From Nitrosopumilaceae archaeon (GTDB taxonomy: Archaea > Thermoproteota > Nitrososphaeria > Nitrososphaerales > Nitrosopumilaceae): DNA of 64,000 nt. Positions 29,859 through 38,481 of the stretch are shown one piece after another (positions within the stretch are counted from its first letter, which is position 1; each line of letters begins with the position of its first letter). A model generated the notes under the pieces. It had not been told where the DNA came from. It saw nothing but the letters and a program-made list of their open reading frames with translations, and did not search any database. The stretch covers positions 160,001 through 224,000 of the forward strand of contig CBDCCK010000002.1 in assembly GCA_965214835.1 (NCBI GenBank), given 5' to 3'. Both the position numbers and the translations under genes were made by a program.

Positions 29859-31073
29859 CTACATGGCAGTCACCGCCTCTGCGATCCACTTGTTGTACAG
29901 CCATATCCTCAGCTTTACCTCCTGCACTATGTTGGACCACTTGAGGGCCTTTACGTCCTCGCCGAACATGCGCTTTATGGCCGATATCACGATCTCGACG
30001 ATCCATCTACTGCCAAAGCCGACCGTGCTCTTCCAGTACCGCAGGTTCTCCTGCCTCTCCTCCTTTGACAGGTTGCCCACCGGCACCTCGGGGCCGCCCC
30101 CGAGCTGCCATCGCACCAGCCGGCCCCACTTGTCGCCGGCGCCCTTGCCCCTTGCAGTACAGCTTGTCAAAAGCCGTATGAGGGGCATTACGTCGTACTT
30201 GTAGCACTCGGCTACGTTCTTTCTAGAGCCGTATGCGCCGTCTGCAAGCAGGATCTTGCCAGGTGTAATCTGGTCCTCGCCGGTGCCGAGCATATCTAGC
30301 GGCGATCTCCCGTCTGCAAGCATGTTGGGGATCTTGATTGTATCCACGATGTCAGGGCAGTCCTGCTCCTCTTCCTTCTTGATGCTCTTGATTGTATCCA
30401 CGATGTCAGGGCAGTCCTGCTCCTCTTCCTTCTTGATGCTCTTGATTGTATCCACGATGTCAGGGCAGTCCTGCTCCTCTTCCTTCTTGATGCTCTTGAT
30501 TGTATCCACGATGTCAGGGCAGTCCTGCTCCTCTTCCTTCTTGATGCTCCTGGCCGCCTCCTCAAGTAGCGCAGGCAGCTCCGTGCTGTCGCCGACTGCC
30601 TCGCTTGTGACGGACACTGCCAGCACCTGCTTGGTGTCTGCGTCTACCATCAGGTGCATCTTGACGAACCCGCGCCTTACCTTCCATTTCTTGCGTATCC
30701 ACTCGCCCCGGTTGTGCTGCTTGAGGCCCGTGGCATCGGCTATCATGACCAGGTTGTTGGACTTGTCGCGCACGGTAATTATGTGCTCTGCAATGTCGAC
30801 GTCAAGCTTCTGCATCCTCCTGAATATCGTGGTATAGCACGGCGAGTCCATACCCCTTAGCATTTCCCCGAACATGCCTGACAGCTGCCTGTACGGTATC
30901 ATCAATGCGGTCCTGAGGGCGGCCGCGGCCATTATCATGCCTTCCGCGTACAGGAACGGGGCGCCCTCCTTGTGGCGGTTGGCATCCTTGAGATCCTTCT
31001 CCCAGCCGGGGTCGTGCTTGACGACCAGGCCGGCTCCCCTCTCTACGTACTTTGCGTTATCCGTGTGTGTCAA
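29859..31073 (-). CDS. IS5-family transposase with internal 18-aa tandem repeat
   Basis: DATGLK..NRGEW, ADGAY, RWIVE...SAIKR. Confidence 0.9.
   Translation of the reverse strand: MTHTDNAKYVERGAGLVVKHDPGWEKDLKDANRHKEGAPFLYAEGMIMAAAALRTALMIPYRQLSGMFGEMLRGMDSPCYTTIFRRMQKLDVDIAEHIITVRDKSNNLVMIADATGLKQHNRGEWIRKKWKVRRGFVKMHLMVDADTKQVLAVSVTSEAVGDSTELPALLEEAARSIKKEEEQDCPDIVDTIKSIKKEEEQDCPDIVDTIKSIKKEEEQDCPDIVDTIKSIKKEEEQDCPDIVDTIKIPNMLADGRSPLDMLGTGEDQITPGKILLADGAYGSRKNVAECYKYDVMPLIRLLTSCTARGKGAGDKWGRLVRWQLGGGPEVPVGNLSKEERQENLRYWKSTVGFGSRWIVEIVISAIKRMFGEDVKALKWSNIVQEVKLRIWLYNKWIAEAVTAM
30332..30549. repeat. 54-bp tandem repeat, four copies
   Basis: Encodes SIKKEEEQDCPDIVDTIK four times. Confidence 0.95.
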
Positions 31074-31522
31074 CTGATACCATACAAGGCATCCTCATGA
31101 TCCATTACTTTTTCGGCCAAGTTTCGTTGATCATTATGGTGATTTTCGGTCAAGTTTCAGATTTTAGGCAGGGTTATGCAACAGTCTATCTCCGGCACCA
31201 CCATGACTGACAGCCCGTCCCGCCTGGCGTTGTCTATTGCGGCCGTGTCATCCTGCAGCTGCTGCGGCGTCACAAATACCACCTGCGATGAGGCGTTGAG
31301 GATCTTGCATGCGTGTGCTGCAACGTCTACGTATTTCATCTCATCATGAATCGTCCCACTCTGGTATCCCTGCAGATCGTCCACCAGCATTCTTGCAACC
31401 CCCTTGTCTCGACTTGACATCAGGATTGACTTTACGCGTCCCGTGTATGCCCCCCTTCCCACATGCGTCCGCTCCCTGTTCAGTGCCTTCCTCATTGCTC
31501 CTGTCATGGACGTGATGTTGTA

Positions 31523-32098
31523 TCTATGTGTCGTGCTTATAAGGATTCCACGCGTAACGGTGTTGTGAAGTATGGCTTTGGCTGGGGGTCTCTTCCTGAC
31601 AATCACAAAATGAAGGTCGGACACTTATCTATACGAGGATCTCCCTCAGTACCATTCTTCATCCATTTGTCAGAACCGTTCTGCAGTTACTAAACGAGGA
31701 TCTCCCTCAACTACATCAACGCAGATTAAAGTTCTAACTGTAATGACAATAATAATGATGATGATGACGTTCATTTCACACGCATGTCCACTATGCACTG
31801 ACTGAAGGCCATCTATTTCTTTAGCATACGAGGACTCCATGACGCACCTGGTGTTATCCGGAATCTTTGCAAACATCTCTCTTATCTCGCTGTTCCTGTT
31901 GCTTATTTTTGTATTCCCCAGGACCTTGCCGTCCTTGTCCATCACCGCGACCTGGATGGACTCCTTGTGCACGTCCAGGCCGACATACTGCTGCTCCGCC
32001 TTTGATTTCACACATATCCTTTTTTTGCGCTAATCTGTCTGTTTGCATTGCCTTTTATCTTGGTACCATCTGAATTTTGTTTTTGAGACACATATGGT
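31523..32098 (-). mobile_element. Truncated IS110-derived insert flanked by TA
   Basis: YVGLDVHK...VMES (IS110 DEDD N-terminus) at ~31835-32011; removal restores the host ORF. Confidence 0.75.
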
Positions 32099-32897
32099 TA
32101 CGAAAACAGAAAGTTCTCCTCTTCTGCAACCGTGATTCCGTTGATGTAGATCCTCGAGGTCTGTCCCTTCCTCAGAATCTCCCCGTACTGCGTCCCCTCC
32201 AGACTTTCCTCCCCGGAAAACCTCAGAAAGAGATCCTTTGCCCTTTCAATGTCCCCCTTTGTGCACCCATTGAGAATCACCCTGGTGCCCGTCATTTCCG
32301 GCTCCGACGGCGGCGATATCACCGCATGAAGCGTAATGACGTCTTCAAAGCCGTGCTTTGATGACCGGTCGACGGTGATGTCTCCGTGCCTTGACCTGAT
32401 CACGATGTTTACGCCGTGTCTGGCAAATGTTGCCAGCGCGTCCTTTAGCCCGACCCCGAACTTCCCTATCACCAGCCCCGGATGCAAGATCTTCTCCTCG
32501 TCCTCGTTCTGCGTCAGGTGCTCGTATCTTATCCCGCGGCCGTAATCCCTGATTGCAAAGCCGTCGCCCTCTTTTTTGATTTCAATGTCCTCTGTCTTGG
32601 TTAATACCTGCTCGTCTATCGCGTTTGCAATGATCTCCCTTATTCCGTGATATATCTCCCAGTCCTCAAGAACCTCCTCTATGTTCAGGTCAAACTTTTT
32701 CGGTGCGCCGTTCTCCATCCTTGAATCCGGGCTGCCTTGCGGCGGCCTCCCACCGGATGTGGTCTTCCTTCCTGCCATGCCATAAAGTATGATGTCGCCT
32801 GCACTTAAACGGTTGTGTTCGGATTCACAGGTGTGTGGTCTTTCTTGACTTTCATCTGATTGTGTCATTTACCTAGATGCCCTTCTGATGTTTTGTA

Positions 32898-33419
32898 TCA
32901 TGTGTTTCCTTCCTTTGATCCTTCTGGCTTTCCGGGTCTCTGGCAGGTGAAATCCGTGCAGGTTCTTCGCCATATCTCAAAGCCAAGGAATCTGACTCTT
33001 TTTGAAGTCTCCCTGAATATGTCTCTCGAATTTTGTGACTCGTCGCCTTTTTCTATGGATTTGGAGTCACGTGCGTCATCACTTTCATCAAGTTGGATTT
33101 CTGTTTTTGTTGATTTGGTTACAGGTGTTTTTGTTTTCTGTTTGTAAATTTTTAATATCGTCACAGTTTGTATTGTAACTATAATACTTATAATCACTAC
33201 AACGTATCCAATTCCCGAATCCAGAGCAATCTTAGAGACTGTCAGCATGCCTGTTGTGTCTTCTTCTGATTCCCCAACGGCATCCATTCTTACTTCCACC
33301 TCAAACAAAAACAGTGCAAGCATGCCGGCAAGTACTGCCGCCCCTACCGTGGCCGCGATTGTGGCCGATACCTGCAAGACGGCAAGACGCTTCTGAAACT
33401 CCTGTTCCGAGACATTCAT
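32898..33419 (-). CDS. Two-TM membrane protein
   Basis: SEQEFQKRLAVLQ N-terminus shared with 27120..27716; ATGA overlap. Confidence 0.7.
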   Translation of the reverse strand: MNVSEQEFQKRLAVLQVSATIAATVGAAVLAGMLALFLFEVEVRMDAVGESEEDTTGMLTVSKIALDSGIGYVVVIISIIVTIQTVTILKIYKQKTKTPVTKSTKTEIQLDESDDARDSKSIEKGDESQNSRDIFRETSKRVRFLGFEIWRRTCTDFTCQRPGKPEGSKEGNT

Positions 33420-33763
33420 GACTGTATCCCCATACTCTCCACCCTGTCGGTTTTGCGGTACTGTCCTGCCAGTCCGGAAATCCAGGCAGCCAGCTTGCCT
33501 GCGGCAATGATTATCATGCCGCATCCCATGACTGCAAGTCCCACAAACATGATCAACAAGACCCAAGACAGGAACTGAGCAACCTCCTCCTCCTCCTTTA
33601 TCTCAGTGGGGTTTGTGGCTGCTGTCAGTATTAACATGACCACCAATATTACGGCGATTAATTGCGAGCCGACCCCTATGAAGGCACCTATGACTATCGT
33701 CAACATTCCTATGTCGAATGTGTCCCAAGGGTTGCCCGATTCCTGCCGTTCTGACTCGCTCAT
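33416..33763 (-). CDS. Membrane protein (MSESER start)
   Basis: TM helices; follows repeat unit 1. Confidence 0.7.
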   Translation of the reverse strand: MSESERQESGNPWDTFDIGMLTIVIGAFIGVGSQLIAVILVVMLILTAATNPTEIKEEEEVAQFLSWVLLIMFVGLAVMGCGMIIIAAGKLAAWISGLAGQYRKTDRVESMGIQS

Positions 33764-34322
33764 TGCCGCATCACGCCTGCTGCATCTTACGCTGACGGTG
33801 ATCTGATTCGGCAAGCCTCTTCTCCAGGTCTGCGGCATCCCAGCCCAGGCAGAGACAGACTGCAGGTGCAACTATAAAGAACATTATCACGCATATCCAG
33901 CTCAGTAGTAATGTGTGATTGACCCCCGTCTCATCTGTGACACCGTACTCTACTGCAATCCACACCAGAGTCGTCATAAGCAGTACCGCCAGAATCATTC
34001 GCGGAATTTTTTCCACCTCGTATAGGCCGCCCCTGATGCCTTCTGCGGCTGCCTTTCTGTATATAGACAAAAAGTACCACGCCTCGACGGCAACACCCGC
34101 ACCGCAGATGGACACTGCCAGCAGGTGCGTCAGGAATGCCGCGGGTTGACTAAACCCGCCGTCCACAATCCACATAATCAGCGTGCCTGCCAGCAGTACC
34201 GTAGATGATGCTACCAGCAGGATTCCCGAAATTACAAGCAACAACCTGTCAGGGAACGTTTGCTTAAAAAGCCGGATTCATTTGCCGTCTGACAGACCGG
34301 ATCCTGATTCCAGCCCGGCGGG
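33743..34322. repeat. ~580-bp diverged direct repeat, copy 1 (copy 2 at ~35133-35724)
   Basis: Shared ends GCCGTTCTGACTCGCTCATTGCCGCATCACGCCTGCTG and GACAGACCGGATCCT.ATTCCAGCCCGGCGGG. Confidence 0.85.
33771..34244 (-). CDS. Four-TM membrane protein
   Basis: Four hydrophobic helices; paralog at 35160..35646. Confidence 0.7.
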   Translation of the reverse strand: MLLVISGILLVASSTVLLAGTLIMWIVDGGFSQPAAFLTHLLAVSICGAGVAVEAWYFLSIYRKAAAEGIRGGLYEVEKIPRMILAVLLMTTLVWIAVEYGVTDETGVNHTLLLSWICVIMFFIVAPAVCLCLGWDAADLEKRLAESDHRQRKMQQA

Positions 34323-34342
34323 ACGTGGGCGCCGGCTGCATT

Positions 34343-34786
34343 TTAGGCCGGGCTGCTGAACCCGGGGTATGCGTTGTAGATCTGCCTTGTCAGGACATTG
34401 CGCGGCACCTGCTGCAGGCGCCTCACCCTGTCCTCAAGCACTGCCATCTCCGGGATCCTCTCAAGCATGTACCGGTATCTTTCCCTTCCCCTTGCCGTGG
34501 CACGGCACACCCTGGTTTTCCTGCCGCATATGGACACGTCCGAGATTCTGATTGTATCGTCGCGGCATTTTTCCATGTCCCGGCTCAGCTCCCCGCTGTA
34601 CGGGGCGTAATGGTACGGCCTCCAGTCATCATAGAATCCCAGGCTGCCATGCGAGATCTTTATCTCGTGCAGCTCCAGTGCATGTCTCTTGTAAAGGATG
34701 AACCCGTATCTCTGAAGCATTTCGCTGCCGTTTATCACCATGCCGTTCATTATGAGCAGTACGCGATCCCGTGATTCTATGTCCAA
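34343..34786 (-). CDS. YwgA/SocA-like protein, copy 4 (diverged)
   Basis: LQRYGFIL, YDDWRPYHYAPYS, IYNAYP. Confidence 0.7.
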   Translation of the reverse strand: MDIESRDRVLLIMNGMVINGSEMLQRYGFILYKRHALELHEIKISHGSLGFYDDWRPYHYAPYSGELSRDMEKCRDDTIRISDVSICGRKTRVCRATARGRERYRYMLERIPEMAVLEDRVRRLQQVPRNVLTRQIYNAYPGFSSPA

Positions 34787-34855
34787 TGGAATGGCAATGT
34801 AAGACTCCTTTTAATGCCGGAAATGAGTGCTGTCTGGCCGAGCCTGTCATTCTGT

Positions 34856-35152
34856 TCAAGATCCTCCTCCTCCTTCCCCCTCTTCGGGCCTGCCTAATCC
34901 GTCTGCTACCTCACACGTTATCATGCCGGCAAACATGCACACGATTCCCGGTATCGCTGTCAGTGCTACCAGCCCCCACAGTACGTTCATCACCTCCTCC
35001 TCTGGCATCTCGACGAGACCTGTCACTGTAAGCATTACCGCGCCCGCGACGATTATGAGTATGGATAATGCGATGAGCATTATGAGCCCGCCCGCGACGA
35101 CCACCTTCATTCCCATGTCATGCCGCGCACGGCGCCGTTCTGACTCGCTCAT
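34856..35152 (-). CDS. Two-TM membrane protein (MSESER start)
   Basis: TM helices; follows repeat unit 2. Confidence 0.7.
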   Translation of the reverse strand: MSESERRRARHDMGMKVVVAGGLIMLIALSILIIVAGAVMLTVTGLVEMPEEEVMNVLWGLVALTAIPGIVCMFAGMITCEVADGLGRPEEGEGGGGS

Positions 35153-35159
35153 TGCCGCA

Positions 35160-35646
35160 TCACGCCTGCTGCCACTTACACTGATGGTGATCTGATGCTG
35201 CAAGCCTCTTCTCCAAATCTGCGGCATCCCTGCCCAGGCAAGTCCAGACCACAGATGAGACCGCCAAGAAGAATATCACATATAGCCAGTTCAGCCTGGA
35301 TACGTGGTCGCTCATGCTCTCATCTGAGAAGACACCTAACTCTGCAAGCAGCCATGTTCCAATCCATACCAGGGCCATCACAAACAGGGCAAACTGAATC
35401 GTGCCCTTAAGTTTTTCCACCTCGTATAGGCCGCCCCCTGATGCCTTCTGCGGCTGCCTTCCTATACACAGACAAAAAGTACCGCACCTGGACGGCAACG
35501 CCCGCACCGCAGATGGACACTACCATCAGTTGCGTCAGGGATGTCGCGGGGTGGGTGAAATCGCCGTCCATAACCCACATGATCAGCGTACCTGCCAGCA
35601 GTACCATATATGATGCGACCAGAAGGATCCCCGAAATCATAAACAA
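35160..35646 (-). pseudogene. Frameshifted paralog of 33771..34244
   Basis: ORFs 35407..35646 and 35160..35507 together match the paralog; shift at GIRG/GLYEVEK near 35435. Confidence 0.75.
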
Positions 35647-35780
35647 CAGACAGTGAGGTGTTTGCTTAAAAACCTGGATTTTCTTGCAATCCGACAGACC
35701 GGATCCTAATTCCAGCCCGGCGGGGTGTAAGAGTCTGCCTTCTGGCAGATGTCCCTGTCAGTGCTTTAGCATGGACTGTT

Positions 35781-36467
35781 CTACCGTATCCTGACGATCT
35801 CGGTGGCACGCCGCAGATCCTCCCCGTAAAAGCACGTGCCGCCGATGCACTCGCCCTGCACGCCGTACACCACCGTCAGTATAACCGAGTCGCCACGCAT
35901 GACGTCACCGTTGTCCCCCAGTATCGCGGTTCCGACCCTGCCTGTTCCCCCTGCGGCCACATACTCCCTGTTTGATGGCTCCATGTGCACCGACAGCGGC
36001 TGATCCGTGTCGGCACTATAGTCGCGCACGTTTGCGGGAAGCCCGCCGCCCTGCTGCGGCCAGCTGCTCTGCCAGTCGGCGTGGTTGCCCGAATCCACGT
36101 GCGCTATTCCCGTTTTGTGCCACGGGCCGCCGGGCGCCTCTGCGTGTGCGTCTGCTGCCGCGTCATAGAACCTCGGTACATACTGCGCAAGGCCGCTGCC
36201 CGCGTGTATGACCTCCTCGCCTGAAAGCCCGTCAAGGGCCGCAAACACGACCTGGACTGGACTGCGGCCGTCGTTGCGTATTGTAACTGACGCTGCCAGC
36301 GTCCCGTTTGCCCCGGCGTATATCTCCGGCGTCACCGTCACCGGACCGCCGCCGACCGACTCTAGCGCCCTGTCTATGGCACCACCCGATAGTATGGCGG
36401 CTGCCGCGCCCGCGACTGCTACTGCAATCCCCATAAGCGTGACGACCTCCTTTGTAAGCTGCACCAT
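35781..36467 (-). CDS. Pilin-like protein 1
   Basis: MVQLTKE plus hydrophobic helix, TIRNDGRS motif; GCTTAAAT ~25 nt upstream. Confidence 0.75.
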   Translation of the reverse strand: MVQLTKEVVTLMGIAVAVAGAAAAILSGGAIDRALESVGGGPVTVTPEIYAGANGTLAASVTIRNDGRSPVQVVFAALDGLSGEEVIHAGSGLAQYVPRFYDAAADAHAEAPGGPWHKTGIAHVDSGNHADWQSSWPQQGGGLPANVRDYSADTDQPLSVHMEPSNREYVAAGGTGRVGTAILGDNGDVMRGDSVILTVVYGVQGECIGGTCFYGEDLRRATEIVRIR

Positions 36468-36507
36468 CGCACGCCATACCGCGCCGGGAATTTAAGCGCG
36501 GAATCGC

Positions 36508-38481
36508 CTAGAATACCTCCGATACCATCTGCTCTATTACCCCGAAGAAAAAGTCCCATCCGGCAAGGATTACTGCCGCGCAGCACAGCGTCACCCCGGC
36601 AGGCATCGTCGCGCGGACCGTATAGTACGCGGTCTTTGCCACTACGATTCCAGAGCAGGCAGACATCAGCAGTATGGCAGGCTTTAGCGCGTCAAACAGC
36701 GAGGAGAGCTCGGGCGGCGATCCCAGGCCGCCAAGCGACACCCCACCCAGCGTGTCAGTATCCGGTAATTTGGAGGTGATGGAGAGCATCAGCGAGGATA
36801 TGCCGACCATTGCCACGAACAGTACTACAGGCGCCGCATACAGCAGCAGCGATGACGTCCTCAGCGTGTCGTCCATCCTGTTCTTTATCTCGTTGAGCGA
36901 TATGGCAAACCCCTTTATCCTTACAAGCGCATCAACTGACTGGCCAAAGCCTCCGTCATATACGGTCTGCGCTATAAACAGCAGCAGCCTGAGCCTCTTG
37001 GAGGATATGGAGGAATCATATATCACGTCGTACTTTCTGTCGCTTATCCGGGCCATCCTGTATCTGATCCCGCGGCATATCTCGGCAAAGCCGCCCATCT
37101 TCTTTCTCATCTCGGCCTCGTCGGCAATGACGGTCTTTCTGAGGGCGACAAGAAAGTTGGCGTCTGCGGCACACCTCTCTATCATGTCGTGTATCCACGC
37201 CGGAAAGCCGTCGATCCTTGAGCGCCACGCCCCGAGCTCGGAGCTGACCGCCATCCCGTTTACGATGCAGGCAGCGGCACCCGCTACCGCGGCAGTCACC
37301 AGGATGTCTCCCAGTGCTACAAGCGAGGCAGCTCCCGCAATAGCTGCGGCAATCGCGGTCCTGACTGTCGGCGGCCTGCCGAGTGCGATGTCGGGCTTGC
37401 CCTTGTGGGATACCATCGCGTATACCGTAAACAGGACGGGCATTGCAAATATCATCATGGCCACCCCGCCGACTGCGTCCTGCGAGGAGACTACGAACAT
37501 CAGCATTATCATCATTACGGGCAGCATTATCATCCCCATGGCCCCCATCATGAAGGTGGCAGATATCTTGCCTATCTTGTCCTCGTCCTTTTTTACGATG
37601 ACGGCAAACTCCCTGTCTGCCAGGTCGCCGACATATGCTGTCAGGCCGACTGGGTGCGAGCGCGCCGTATCGGCATAGTCGAGGAAGAACTTTTGCATCG
37701 GGTCGTACGCGTGCTGCAGCGCGAGCCTGCGTATGGCGTCCTGCTCGGACATGCCGTCCAATTCGATCCACTTTCGCAGTATGGCAGTGTCGTGCGCTAT
37801 CGACTCCAGTATGCGGGATGCTGCAAGCCGGATCATGGCCTGGTATAATGACAGGCCGCTCATCGTGGCCACCTGCAGGTACGCCAAAAAGTACGCCATC
37901 TCCGACTCGTACAGCGCCGTCACGTCTGATGAGTGCGTCATGTTGGATATCCTCGGGTACAGCAGCAGCACCGCAGGCAGGCCGGCGGCTGCCAGCAGCA
38001 CGAGGTTTGCAGTCAGTATACCCGCAATGCAGACTGCGGCTGCTGCCGGTATCGATACGGCGACTGCCACCGTCAGATTTCTGGCAGTTGCCGACGGCGA
38101 CCTGAGTAGGCCTGCAGACGTGGCCCCGCTCTCCTCTGACTTTTTGATGGACTCTTCAAGATCGGCAAACACGGAATATTTTATCAGCCTTGCGTGCAGC
38201 GCGCCTATTACAGACTGGGCGTCTATCTTTTTTGCCCTGATGGGCATGGCGCCCGTCCGCGCCGGCCGCCTGCGCTCCCCGGCAGAGCGTGCCATGCAGG
38301 ACAGCCTTCCTGCAGCAGCTGCCATCTCCGGCAGAAACAGGATTGCGGTGGCCGCTGCCACAAACGATACGGTACTGTACATGTCAGAGAGCCCGGCAGC
38401 AGCTGCTGCCCCCAGTATGATCACGTACAGCACAAAGCGCAGCGACGGGTGCGCGACTGACGTTAATGCCCTAGGATGCAT
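36508..38481 (-). CDS. TadC/T2SS-F-like pilus platform membrane protein
   Basis: Multi-TM with two T2SSF-like halves (E...FL.YL.V...SG.SL..A; FP.WI.D); adjacent to the ATPase. Confidence 0.8.
   Translation of the reverse strand: MHPRALTSVAHPSLRFVLYVIILGAAAAAGLSDMYSTVSFVAAATAILFLPEMAAAAGRLSCMARSAGERRRPARTGAMPIRAKKIDAQSVIGALHARLIKYSVFADLEESIKKSEESGATSAGLLRSPSATARNLTVAVAVSIPAAAAVCIAGILTANLVLLAAAGLPAVLLLYPRISNMTHSSDVTALYESEMAYFLAYLQVATMSGLSLYQAMIRLAASRILESIAHDTAILRKWIELDGMSEQDAIRRLALQHAYDPMQKFFLDYADTARSHPVGLTAYVGDLADREFAVIVKKDEDKIGKISATFMMGAMGMIMLPVMMIMLMFVVSSQDAVGGVAMMIFAMPVLFTVYAMVSHKGKPDIALGRPPTVRTAIAAAIAGAASLVALGDILVTAAVAGAAACIVNGMAVSSELGAWRSRIDGFPAWIHDMIERCAADANFLVALRKTVIADEAEMRKKMGGFAEICRGIRYRMARISDRKYDVIYDSSISSKRLRLLLFIAQTVYDGGFGQSVDALVRIKGFAISLNEIKNRMDDTLRTSSLLLYAAPVVLFVAMVGISSLMLSITSKLPDTDTLGGVSLGGLGSPPELSSLFDALKPAILLMSACSGIVVAKTAYYTVRATMPAGVTLCCAAVILAGWDFFFGVIEQMVSEVF

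Larger units (their letters stand above)
29793..31188 (-). mobile_element. IS5-family insertion sequence
   Basis: 16-bp TIR TAGACTGTTGCATAAC, 8-bp target duplication TCTCCGGC. Confidence 0.92.
29318..32718 (-). pseudogene. MPN635-like GHKL ATP-binding protein split into three pieces by two insertions
   Basis: FDLNIEEVLEDW, REIIANAIDE, IGKFGVGLKDA; ENFLFS|YNITS and VVPE|TTVQK rejoin after removing the inserts; C-terminal LLHEACH. Confidence 0.85.

Noticed and set aside
30332-30549. Regular repeats as a CRISPR array
   Set aside because: Head-to-tail identical 54-bp units with no spacers, in frame inside a transposase; no cas genes
2735-35440. Single-base frameshifts at ~2740, ~13398 and ~35435 as programmed recoding read by the 8-nt-loop tRNA
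   Set aside because: No shared sequence context, and they look like 1-nt losses rather than +1 sites; decay or sequencing error is simpler
33743-35724. Diversity-generating retroelement template/variable repeats
   Set aside because: No reverse transcriptase in the window; differences include indels and are not confined to adenines
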